Assembly (NCBI GenBank): GCA_020428015.1
Contig: JAGQNQ010000003.1
Span: forward strand, 1 to 39,331
DNA: 39,331 nucleotides
Source of the DNA: Candidatus Saccharimonadota bacterium
GTDB taxonomy: Bacteria > Patescibacteriota > Saccharimonadia > Saccharimonadales > SZUA-47
Direction: 5' to 3'
Positions 1 to 7,925 of the stretch are shown piece after piece. Each line of letters begins with the position of its first letter. The stretch's first letter is position 1. A program made the translations under genes and the position numbers. The notes under the pieces were generated by a model. The model was not told where the DNA came from. It did no database searches and saw only the letters and a program-made list of their open reading frames with translations.

Positions 1-273
1 GGCTTTGGGCTACCAGGTCTGGAAGCAATGGTGCATGGTTGCCCAGTCGTATCAAGCAACGCGAGCTGTCTGCCTGAAGTCAATGGTGATGCAGCACTCT
101 ACTTCAACCCTGAAGATGTTCATGAAATGGCAGCGAAGATTGACGAAGTTATCAGTAGCGAACCTCTGCGCAAGAAGCTGATCGCAAAGGGCTATGAGAA
201 TACGAAGCGCTTTAGTTTCCGGAAATTTGCGACTCAGCATGTGCAAATGTTCAAAGATCTGCTCGGAGAGTAG
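1..273 (+). CDS. Glycosyltransferase (GT4/GT-B type), C-terminal fragment; 5' end outside the window
   Basis: Frame 1 is open from base 1 (GFGLPGLEAMVHGCPVVSSNASCLPEV...). The G-x-P-x-x-E-A-M-x-x-G-x-P-V-V stretch is the typical sugar-nucleotide-binding C-terminal signature of GT4 enzymes. TAG stop at 271-273. Confidence 0.7.
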   Translation, partial: GFGLPGLEAMVHGCPVVSSNASCLPEVNGDAALYFNPEDVHEMAAKIDEVISSEPLRKKLIAKGYENTKRFSFRKFATQHVQMFKDLLGE

Positions 274-278
274 CTATC

Positions 279-740
279 TTATGCGCCAGGTTTAATCACG
301 ATATGTCGATCGCGACCTTCGCCCTCTGATTCCGTCACAAGTCCGTGATCGCCTGCTAGTTTATGCAGTGTGCGTCGATCAGCTGCGTTCATTGGCGGTA
401 AATGTTTTGGCTCACCAGATGATTTAACCTCTTCAAGCCACGCCACTGCTTTATCCTCCAGACGGTGAGCTCGCTGCCGTTTGTAGTCAGCGATGTCTAC
501 ATTGACACGCACCATAGATGCTTCGTTGGTTTTCAGTGCCATGCTGGTCAAATACTGCAAGGAGCGCATGGTGTCACCATGATTACCAATCAAAAATCCA
601 TTTAGATGTGTGCTCGGGACATTTAGCTCGATCACTTCATCATCTTCACTCGTCGCATACACATCGACATTTAGACCAAAGAAAGATAGCAGGTCCTCTA
701 AATACTTCTTTGCAAAACGAATTGATTCTTCAGAATCCAT
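279..740 (-). CDS. jag: Jag/KhpB-type RNA-binding protein (KH-like + R3H domain)
   Basis: 153-aa ORF with a C-terminal R3H-like motif (NAADRRTLHKLAGDHGLVTESEGEGRDRHIVIKP). Its ATG lies 4 nt after the yidC stop, giving the conserved rnpA-yidC-jag order. Confidence 0.8.
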   Translation of the reverse strand: MDSEESIRFAKKYLEDLLSFFGLNVDVYATSEDDEVIELNVPSTHLNGFLIGNHGDTMRSLQYLTSMALKTNEASMVRVNVDIADYKRQRAHRLEDKAVAWLEEVKSSGEPKHLPPMNAADRRTLHKLAGDHGLVTESEGEGRDRHIVIKPGA

Positions 741-743
741 AAA

Positions 744-1682
744 TCACCTCTTCTTTTTAGTTGATTTCGGTGAGGCTTTTTTCTTGGTGACTTTTACTTT
801 TGGTTTTGTTTCAGAAGGCTCTTTGGATTCTTTGAGTGATTTTTTGCGCACAACGACAGCGCTCGCTTGTTCCATCATATATTCGTCCTGCTGCAGTAAG
901 TAGCTCTGTTGTGCGTATGCAACCAGTCCGCCTACGAACCAGTAAAGGGCAAGCGCGGCCGGGAAGCCAATAGTCAGGAAGAAAATAAGCCCTGGCATAA
1001 AGTAGGCTAGATTCCGCCCCATGGCTGCGTTCACTTCGGCGCTATCTGCTTCCTTACCATTGCCTGCTTCTTTCAGAATATGACGCAGTTTACGCCCGTC
1101 TTTAGCCTGTGGTAGCGTCTGTTTAATCTGAAGAAACTGTATGATTGCAGATCCTAGAACAAGGAGCAGCGCTGGAATGTATAGTGGTTGTCCGTCTTCC
1201 ACAGCGGCACGAGTCAGGTCGACCTTACCGAGAAATCGTTCGTCAAATTTTGAAATGTCTTCTGATACTTCCTGCATCCATGCTGTGTTCTGCACAACTG
1301 GATAAGAAAAGTCGACGATGCGTTGCGGGTTGCTAACAACCTGCCGCAGACCAGAAAAGAGAGCCAAGAACACAACAATCTGTACAATCATGACCCCGAT
1401 TTGTGATAACGGTTTAATTTCCTTTTCTTTGTACAGCTCCATCATCATAAGAGATTCTTGCTGCTTATTACCTTTGGATGCTTCTTTGATCTTTTTCAGC
1501 TCGGGCTGCAGCTCTCGCATCGCCTTCGTGTTTTTCAGCTGTTTTTTTAGCAGTGGGTACAGTGCCCAGCGCGCTACCAATGTAAAAATGATAATGGCGA
1601 TACCAAAGTCGTGCCCTGGCAATAGCGCGTAAAGTGCCGAGAGTACGTTAAAGATTGGCTGCACGATAAGTGTCGTAAACAT
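744..1682 (-). CDS. yidC: Membrane protein insertase YidC (short Gram-positive-type form)
   Basis: 312-aa polytopic ORF with a basic C-terminal tail (KVTKKKASPKSTKKKR). SD AAGAGGA precedes the ATG. It sits between rnpA and jag and ends with TGA (744-746). Confidence 0.9.
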   Translation of the reverse strand: MFTTLIVQPIFNVLSALYALLPGHDFGIAIIIFTLVARWALYPLLKKQLKNTKAMRELQPELKKIKEASKGNKQQESLMMMELYKEKEIKPLSQIGVMIVQIVVFLALFSGLRQVVSNPQRIVDFSYPVVQNTAWMQEVSEDISKFDERFLGKVDLTRAAVEDGQPLYIPALLLVLGSAIIQFLQIKQTLPQAKDGRKLRHILKEAGNGKEADSAEVNAAMGRNLAYFMPGLIFFLTIGFPAALALYWFVGGLVAYAQQSYLLQQDEYMMEQASAVVVRKKSLKESKEPSETKPKVKVTKKKASPKSTKKKR

Positions 1683-1725
1683 ATATTTCCTCTTTTATTC
1701 AACTATACCACGGCCACGGTAGATT

Positions 1726-2067
1726 TTAAGAGAGACGAGACAAGGCTTTTTTTGTAAGTGAAAGCACCTCATCGGCGAGATCTTGTGCGCTGATACTGGC
1801 TATGTCTGCGGTTTTTGCATAAAAAATCGCGTCGATTGGAGTGTTTGTTACCCTACCCTGAGAGCGTACCAACTCAAATACTCGCCGTCGGATACGATTT
1901 CTAGTTACAGCCTTAGATGCGACTTTCTTGCTCACCACGACCGCCAATCTATAGTCGTGCTTTTTGTTCGGTGCAAACCGCAGCGACAAAAATCGACCAT
2001 GCAAAACATCTCCACGCACTTTAGAAACCGAGTGGTGGCCATGGAACCGATTAGCGCGGCGTATCAC
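1726..2067 (-). CDS. rnpA: Ribonuclease P protein component
   Basis: 113-aa basic ORF (..LAVVVSKKVASKAVTRNRIRRRVFELVR..) immediately downstream of rpmH. Confidence 0.85.
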   Translation of the reverse strand: MIRRANRFHGHHSVSKVRGDVLHGRFLSLRFAPNKKHDYRLAVVVSKKVASKAVTRNRIRRRVFELVRSQGRVTNTPIDAIFYAKTADIASISAQDLADEVLSLTKKALSRLS

Positions 2068-2102
2068 TGCTTTTTAGCCTCACCGTCTTTCGTTTTAGTG
2101 GT

Positions 2103-2240
2103 TTATCTGGTCAACATCTTGCGGCCCTTGGTGCGGCGGCGGTTCAATACGTTACGACCTGCTTTGGTCGCCATACGCTTAAAGAAGCCGTGCTCTCGAG
2201 CTCGATGTCTTTTTTTTGGTTGATATGTTCGCTTTGGCAT
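2103..2240 (-). CDS. rpmH: 50S ribosomal protein L34 (not in the supplied ORF track because it is under 60 aa)
   Basis: The reverse complement of 2103-2240 reads ATG..TAA and translates to [45 protein letters not shown] (45 aa), a textbook L34 sequence. It is located upstream of rnpA. Confidence 0.95.
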   Translation of the reverse strand: MPKRTYQPKKRHRAREHGFFKRMATKAGRNVLNRRRTKGRKMLTR

Positions 2241-2251
2241 ACTTGAGATAC

Positions 2252-2280
2252 ATTCTAGCATCACTACCCCTGTTAGGCAA
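2252..2280 (-). promoter_or_regulatory. Sigma70-like promoter of the rpmH-rnpA-yidC-jag operon
   Basis: On the minus strand: TTGCCT (2280-2275), a 17-nt spacer, then TAGAAT (2257-2252). Only 11 nt separate the -10 from the rpmH ATG and there is no SD. Confidence 0.5.
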
Positions 2281-2448
2281 GCCCTGCTTGCATAATTGAT
2301 AGTTTATGCATGATATACGAAGTTAACTCGTGGCCGTAGTTCTTCAACTATCAGCTATTGTTTATCAGATATTTTCTGCCTGCCGCGCAGAAATACAGAC
2401 TATTTCACGCTCTTATAGCGAAAGATGCAAAAATGCTGGACAGTTACT

Positions 2449-2575
2449 TTATCCACTTTTCCTCTTTGCTTTTCCACATATTTAACAGGGGTGGGGCAAG
2501 CCTGTGGAAAAGTCCTCTATCCTGTGCGTCGCTTCGTTGCAAATAAAATGTTGTGTAATTAGCTGTGGAAAAGTC
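2449..2575. promoter_or_regulatory. DnaA-box cluster upstream of dnaA (oriC / dnaA autoregulatory region)
   Basis: TTATCCACt at 2449-2457, TTtTCCACA at 2470-2478, and its reverse complement TGTGGAAAA at 2503-2511 and 2564-2572. The last two lie inside an exact 13-mer repeat CTGTGGAAAAGTC (2502-2514 and 2563-2575). Confidence 0.55.
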
Positions 2576-2635
2576 TGTCTGCTTTCGTTATGCTGTAAGG
2601 ACATTGGGGAAAAGAAACGGGAGAGACAAAAACAC

Positions 2636-4009
2636 ATGCAAGAAGTTGCGGGAATATGGCAGGCGGTACTCGGGGAAATAGAGCTTACTGTGTCGCGTGG
2701 CAACTTTGTGACATGGTTTAAGAACACCCACCTACTCGACTACACGCCGGAGCGCGCCATCATTGGGGTGCCGAATATCTTTATTAAACAGCAGCTTGAA
2801 CGAAAATACACAGACCTACTACGCGACATGCTCGGAAAAAATGGTGTGGCGCCTGCGGAAATACGCTTTGACATTTACTCTTCACCAAGTACGAAAAGCC
2901 GCCGCACAAGTGACGATACCGTTGTCCTGAGCGCGCCATCAACGTCGTCAAAAAAATCCGAGAATAAACAAAGTGGTGTAGCGCATAACTACCGCCAGGG
3001 TCTCAACAACCGCTACACATTTGACACATTTATTGTCGGAGGTAGCAACGAGCTTGCTTATGCAGCATGCCAGGCCATCGCACAAAAACCAGGCGAAAAG
3101 TACAATCCGCTTTTTCTCTATGGCGGAGTCGGTATTGGAAAAACACACCTCATACAGGCTGTCGGTAATGAGATCCTGAAAAATAATCCGAGCGCACACG
3201 TGGTATATCTGTCCACTGAACAGTTTGTTCAAGAATTCCTAGATGCTATTCGATTTAAGAAAAACACCGACTTTGCCGGCTACTACCGCAGCGCGGATGT
3301 GCTTATTATTGACGATATCCAATTTATTGCGGGCAAAGAAAAAACCCAGGAAGAGTTTTTTCACACCTTCAACGCCCTACACCAAGCGAACAAGCAGATT
3401 ATCATTAGTAGTGACAAACCGCCGCGTGACATCCCTACCCTAGAAGAACGATTGCGTAGTCGCTTTGCATGGGGGATGAGCATAGACATGCAAACGCCTG
3501 ATTTCGAGACGCGCTGTGCCATCGTGCAGTCGAAAGCCCAGGCTCATGGACTAAAACTCGAGTCGGATGTTGTCGAGTTCCTAGCTAATCTCGTGCATTC
3601 TAACATTCGAGAGCTGGAGGGTGTCTTAAACCAGCTTCTGGCCTACTGTGAGATGCGAAACCTAAGCCCAGACATTCATGTTGCTGAAGCGCTGTTTTCT
3701 GGCAGCGCCAATCGACCGAAACATATAACCGCAAAGCAGATCTTGGAACATACCGCTCGCTACTATTCGCTGGACCTTGAGGATATCATGAGTCCAAAAC
3801 GCGATAAGGAAATCGTCGTACCGCGCCAAGTTGCCATGCACCTGTTGCGCAGTGAGCTGAAGCTCAGTTTTCCGAAAATTGCGCGCGAATGCGGACGAAA
3901 GGACCACACCACCGCCATTCATGCCGTGGATAAAATCAGTAAGGAGCTGGCGGTAGACCCACAGTTACGTCAACAAGTGGTGGAGTTAAAGGGTAGACTT
4001 TATGCGTAG
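2636..4009 (+). CDS. dnaA: Chromosomal replication initiator DnaA
   Basis: MQEVAGIWQAVLGEIELTVSRGNFVTWFKNT.., Walker A GGVGIGKTHL, Walker B LIIDDIQF, and a C-terminal DNA-binding helix region (HTTAIHAVDKI). I start at ATG 2636. The track's 2504 start adds a Cys-rich extension lying over the DnaA boxes. Confidence 0.95.
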   Translation: MQEVAGIWQAVLGEIELTVSRGNFVTWFKNTHLLDYTPERAIIGVPNIFIKQQLERKYTDLLRDMLGKNGVAPAEIRFDIYSSPSTKSRRTSDDTVVLSAPSTSSKKSENKQSGVAHNYRQGLNNRYTFDTFIVGGSNELAYAACQAIAQKPGEKYNPLFLYGGVGIGKTHLIQAVGNEILKNNPSAHVVYLSTEQFVQEFLDAIRFKKNTDFAGYYRSADVLIIDDIQFIAGKEKTQEEFFHTFNALHQANKQIIISSDKPPRDIPTLEERLRSRFAWGMSIDMQTPDFETRCAIVQSKAQAHGLKLESDVVEFLANLVHSNIRELEGVLNQLLAYCEMRNLSPDIHVAEALFSGSANRPKHITAKQILEHTARYYSLDLEDIMSPKRDKEIVVPRQVAMHLLRSELKLSFPKIARECGRKDHTTAIHAVDKISKELAVDPQLRQQVVELKGRLYA

Positions 4010-4024
4010 TATATTTTCTCTATA

Positions 4025-4258
4025 TGTGGACAGCCTGGGGAACGGCTCCGCACAAACCCCTGCTTTCTGTGCGAAGCCTGTGCCTTTTTCTAGGCTTATA
4101 CACACGAGCAAGCGTTTGTTTTTTTGGTTTTCCCTTGCAAAAACCACAGGCTATCCGAAAAAATTTCCACATAAGCTACACGATTCTGACCGAAGTTGCA
4201 GGCGAAATATCCCCACATTCCACAGTGCCTATAAAAATAACTATGTACATATATAAGA
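4025..4258. promoter_or_regulatory. Second DnaA-box-like cluster plus AT-rich stretch in the dnaA-dnaN spacer (candidate oriC/DUE)
   Basis: TGTGGACAG at 4025-4033 (reverse complement CTGTCCACA), aTTTCCACA at 4163-4171, cATTCCACA at 4216-4224, then the AT-rich ATAAAAATAACTATGTACATATATAAG at 4231-4257, just before the dnaN SD. Confidence 0.4.
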
Positions 4259-4267
4259 AGGAGAAGC

Positions 4268-5359
4268 ATGAAGCTGACCGTCACACAAGAAAACTTAAGC
4301 AGAGCACTCTCTACTGTTTCGAGAGTCGCGAGTACCCGTTCATCCCTCCCTATTCTGTCTAACGTCCTTTTAAAAACGGAAGGCAATAGGCTACTTGTGG
4401 CTGCAACCAACCTCGACATTGCCGTATCAGAGAAAATCGGAGCAAAAATATCACAAGCCGGTTCAATAACCGTGCCAGCACGACTTATGCAAGACTTTGT
4501 AAGCAGTTTACCTTCAGGAACTTTAGAGCTCGATATGAAAGATAATAAGCTGCAGTTGAGTGCTGAGCGATTTGACTCTACGATTAACGGCGTTGCGGCT
4601 GAGGAGTTTCCAGTAATGCCAACTATTGACGGTGGTAGCGTTGCTGAATTTTCTGCAGGTGAAATGAAGCAGACACTCCAGCAGGTTCTTTTTGCAGCTT
4701 CAAGCGACGACGCTCGACCAGTTTTAACAGGCGTATATATGCACGCGGATAAGAAAAAAATATTTATCGCTGCGACTGATTCATATCGGTTGGCCGAGAA
4801 AAACATCAAGAAGGATGCAGGCGACATGTCCCTACTTCTCCCTGCTCAGTCTCTGCAAGAGCTGTTACGGGCCCTTAAAGACGATAATGAACCAGTGACT
4901 ATAACCTATGATGATCAGCAGGCTCGATTCAAAATAGCTAGCGTGGAAATTGTAACTCGGCTCATTGACGGAACATACCCGGACTATAGAAAGCTTCTGC
5001 CTGCTTCTTTTGAGACAACCGCAAAACTTTCGAAACAGTCGTTGAACGAGATTACGAAAGTCTCGAGCCTGTTTGCTCGAGAAGCAGCTGGCAGTATTAC
5101 GCTCGTTATCGATGAGGCGAAAAAAGAGGTGAGTATTAGCTCGATTGCATCCCAAGTTGGGGAGAATAGTGCTCACGCCGAAGCAGAGGTATCTGGCGAC
5201 GCCGTCATAACTATGAATTCTCGCTACATCCTAGACGCTCTGCAGGCTTTCGAAGGCTCCACGATACAGATAAATGTAAACGGAAAGCTTGATCCGTGCG
5301 TTCTTACCGACCCTGAAGACGATAGTTATCTGCATGTTATTATGCCCGTGAAGAGCTAG
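4268..5359 (+). CDS. dnaN: DNA polymerase III beta sliding clamp
   Basis: 363-aa ORF (MKLTVTQENLSRALSTVSRVASTRSSLPILSNVLL..) with SD AAGGAG 7 nt upstream, in the dnaA-dnaN-recF order. Confidence 0.95.
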   Translation: MKLTVTQENLSRALSTVSRVASTRSSLPILSNVLLKTEGNRLLVAATNLDIAVSEKIGAKISQAGSITVPARLMQDFVSSLPSGTLELDMKDNKLQLSAERFDSTINGVAAEEFPVMPTIDGGSVAEFSAGEMKQTLQQVLFAASSDDARPVLTGVYMHADKKKIFIAATDSYRLAEKNIKKDAGDMSLLLPAQSLQELLRALKDDNEPVTITYDDQQARFKIASVEIVTRLIDGTYPDYRKLLPASFETTAKLSKQSLNEITKVSSLFAREAAGSITLVIDEAKKEVSISSIASQVGENSAHAEAEVSGDAVITMNSRYILDALQAFEGSTIQINVNGKLDPCVLTDPEDDSYLHVIMPVKS

Positions 5360-5405
5360 CGCTCAATAGTTGATAGATGATACCTGATAGTTGATACTAG
5401 ATAGC

Positions 5406-6449
5406 ATGTTGCAGACATTAGAGCTCACCAATATTCGTTCGTACTCGAGTGGCCTGTTCGAGTTTTCTGACGGCGTTAATATAGTCGTGGGTCCGAATGC
5501 GAGCGGCAAAACGAATTTGCTCGAAGCTATTTATATGAGCGCACAAGGAAAATCTTTCAAGAGTGATGACGGCGATATGATTGCTCGAGACAATGAGTGG
5601 GGTCGAATTGACGCTGTGTGTGATGAACTGCAGCGTGTCGTTAAACTGAAAGGACGACCAGTAAAGAAAAGCTTTGTGTTTGACGGGGTAGATAAACTTC
5701 GGGTCTCCCCCGCCCTCACAATTCCTGTCGTATTGTTTGAGCCGTTTGACATGTTGTTACTAGGCGGCGAGCCTGAACGACGTCGCAACTATTTGGATAC
5801 CTTGCTGTCTCAGACGGAGTCCGGGTACGCGAACCTACTAAAAGATTATCGACGCGCATTATCTCAAAGAAACAGGTTGCTGAAAGACGAGAACCTGCAA
5901 GCAGAACACCTTTTTGTGTGGGATGTTCGATTAAGCGACATCGGTGGGAAATTGGCGGAAACACGGGTGGATTATATTAGATCTCTAGCAGATCAAATCA
6001 GCTCCAACTACCAATCCGTAAGTGGTAACAAGGAGATCTTGGAAGTCAGCTATGAAAGCAAGGTGCCGCTGGAACAGTACGCAAATGCGATGCTTCAAAA
6101 ACTCAAAGACTCCTATTCGCTGGATCGAGCACGTGGTTTCACTGGAGTGGGGCCTCATCGTGACGATCTAAAAATTTTAATTGACGGGAACGATGTACGC
6201 ACCAATGCGTCACGTGGCGAAACACGCAGCATCGTTCTGGCGCTTAAAATGACCGAGCTGGCTCTCGTAAAGCAAAAACTACAGAAAAAACCGCTGCTTC
6301 TCCTCGACGACGTATTCAGTGAACTAGACGGCAAACGTCGACGGCTACTTGCCCAAACCCTGCAGAACTACCAGACGTTTATAACGACAACCGATGCAGA
6401 TGTGGTTATTGACCACTTCAGCGAGTCCTGCAACATCATCCCTCTATAG
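5406..6449 (+). CDS. recF: DNA replication and repair protein RecF
   Basis: MLQTLELTNIRSY.. with Walker A GPNASGKTNLLEAI, Walker B LLLDDVFSELD, and the SMC-like signature region. ATG 5406 is preferred over the track's TTG 5391. Confidence 0.9.
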   Translation: MLQTLELTNIRSYSSGLFEFSDGVNIVVGPNASGKTNLLEAIYMSAQGKSFKSDDGDMIARDNEWGRIDAVCDELQRVVKLKGRPVKKSFVFDGVDKLRVSPALTIPVVLFEPFDMLLLGGEPERRRNYLDTLLSQTESGYANLLKDYRRALSQRNRLLKDENLQAEHLFVWDVRLSDIGGKLAETRVDYIRSLADQISSNYQSVSGNKEILEVSYESKVPLEQYANAMLQKLKDSYSLDRARGFTGVGPHRDDLKILIDGNDVRTNASRGETRSIVLALKMTELALVKQKLQKKPLLLLDDVFSELDGKRRRLLAQTLQNYQTFITTTDADVVIDHFSESCNIIPL

Positions 6450-7925
6450 TTATTTATAAGATAGTCGAACCATTGATGTGTCATAGCCTATAGACTTTAA
6501 ATATGTTTGAGCATGAGCTTTTGCTTCTTCTTGTAGCGTTTTTGAACCACTTGAACTTACAGGAGCAGTAATTGTCACATCAATATTTATCTTGTTGTTA
6601 AAAAGGTAGGCTTCTGCGGTAAAATCATAGTCATTACGCGGCAGTTTTTGGCTTAATAAGTTATATTGCTTTATTACATTTAAGTCATTAGTTAACACAT
6701 AGTTACCAACATCGTTTCCTCTATCAACCGAAAAATAAAGTTGATTATCTTGGCCCAAACTAAACCCTTTTCCTATGGACTTGAAGTTAGTTGAAAAGCT
6801 AATTCTGTTCGCAATTTTATTTATTGTGTCTAAGTACCAAATTTGTCCAGAATCTACTATATAAAGATTTTGATTGTCGGCTCGAATTAGTGAAGAAGCG
6901 TCGGAACTAACAGTGCTCATCACAGGAGTGGGGCTATTCCCTATTTGATAGATATAAACTAGACCTTCGGAAATATAACTTAGAGTGCTGTCGTCATTTA
7001 GCACAACATCTGTTAGGTTTTTCGGGGATAAATTTATAGGGTCCGACGATAACTTAAGGATAGTAATCTTACCCAGATTAGCTTTTTTTTCTGGCGCATC
7101 GTTAGAATATGATGATGAAAAACCGACATAAGTATCGCCACTACAATAAATACCGCTAACATTTTCAAGGTTGCCAATTTTTGTAGGCTGGCCAGAAGAA
7201 TCGATCTTGAAAACATCCCCGTTTCTAGAAGCCGCACAAAAGTCGGGAGTTGACATATTTGATGATACTAGCGATATATCCACTGAATTATTGTTCACCA
7301 ATTCTCCCTCTTGTATGTAAAATAGCCTTTTCGTTTCTTTGCCGTTGTATAGGTAGGTGTTTCCGGAACTATTTGAGAACAAAAAAACATTCTTATTAAT
7401 AGCAGCAGACGTTACGCTAGAACCTAGTGAAGAAGCACTAAAAACTTGTTTTTCGTTAGCATAATATCTACCCTTATCATCAACTCTCGATAAACTACCA
7501 GAACTCTCATAGGCAGCAATTGTTGGGTTCCCTGAAGTCTTCAGTGCTTGGGCGTCAGAAGACTTATATGGAAGCGTTACATCAGCCTTCTCCCTGGATT
7601 TTATGCTTATAAATTTATTCGTATAGTTTTCCTGGGCATTTCCACCAATTAGGTAATTTCCTTTATTCAATTTAATAGTTTTAACCATTTTCCCCGAACC
7701 AGACCACACTTCTTTATGCGGTGTAACATCAATGTTGTAAAGGACAACAGACTCCCCGTCTGCTAAATCTATACTCAAAGTAGCCCTAGAATAGAGTTTG
7801 TACCCAAACCAAATTGCTAAAACACCAATGAAAACTAATATCGCCAATGCCAGCCTTATTCTGTTATTAGAGCGCAATGTTAACCTCTCTTCCGCCGTTA
7901 GGCCAATTAGAGCATCCTGCCTCAT
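6450..7925 (-). CDS. Membrane-anchored protein of unknown function, last gene of the minus operon (possible beta-propeller ectodomain)
   Basis: 491-aa ORF with one N-terminal TM helix (RIRLALAILVFIGVLAIWFGYKL), followed by a Ser/Asn/Tyr-rich region with recurring strand-like blocks. ATG 7925 overlaps the upstream gene by 59 nt. In-frame TTG 7877, preceded by GGAAGAGAGG, is an alternative start. Confidence 0.6.
   Translation of the reverse strand: MRQDALIGLTAEERLTLRSNNRIRLALAILVFIGVLAIWFGYKLYSRATLSIDLADGESVVLYNIDVTPHKEVWSGSGKMVKTIKLNKGNYLIGGNAQENYTNKFISIKSREKADVTLPYKSSDAQALKTSGNPTIAAYESSGSLSRVDDKGRYYANEKQVFSASSLGSSVTSAAINKNVFLFSNSSGNTYLYNGKETKRLFYIQEGELVNNNSVDISLVSSNMSTPDFCAASRNGDVFKIDSSGQPTKIGNLENVSGIYCSGDTYVGFSSSYSNDAPEKKANLGKITILKLSSDPINLSPKNLTDVVLNDDSTLSYISEGLVYIYQIGNSPTPVMSTVSSDASSLIRADNQNLYIVDSGQIWYLDTINKIANRISFSTNFKSIGKGFSLGQDNQLYFSVDRGNDVGNYVLTNDLNVIKQYNLLSQKLPRNDYDFTAEAYLFNNKINIDVTITAPVSSSGSKTLQEEAKAHAQTYLKSIGYDTSMVRLSYK

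Noticed and set aside
2504-2635. N-terminal extension of the dnaA ORF in the track (MEKSSILCVASLQIKCCVISCGKVCLLSLCC...)
   Set aside because: The Cys/Leu-rich sequence has no DnaA similarity and lies over the DnaA boxes. The conserved DnaA N-terminus begins at ATG 2636.
4096-4827. 243-aa minus-strand ORF antisense to dnaN, and similar antisense ORFs (e.g. 2948-3232, 11845-12330, 14370-14678, 31971-32489)
   Set aside because: These are shadow ORFs fully inside well-supported genes on the opposite strand. They have low-complexity or odd composition and no SD.
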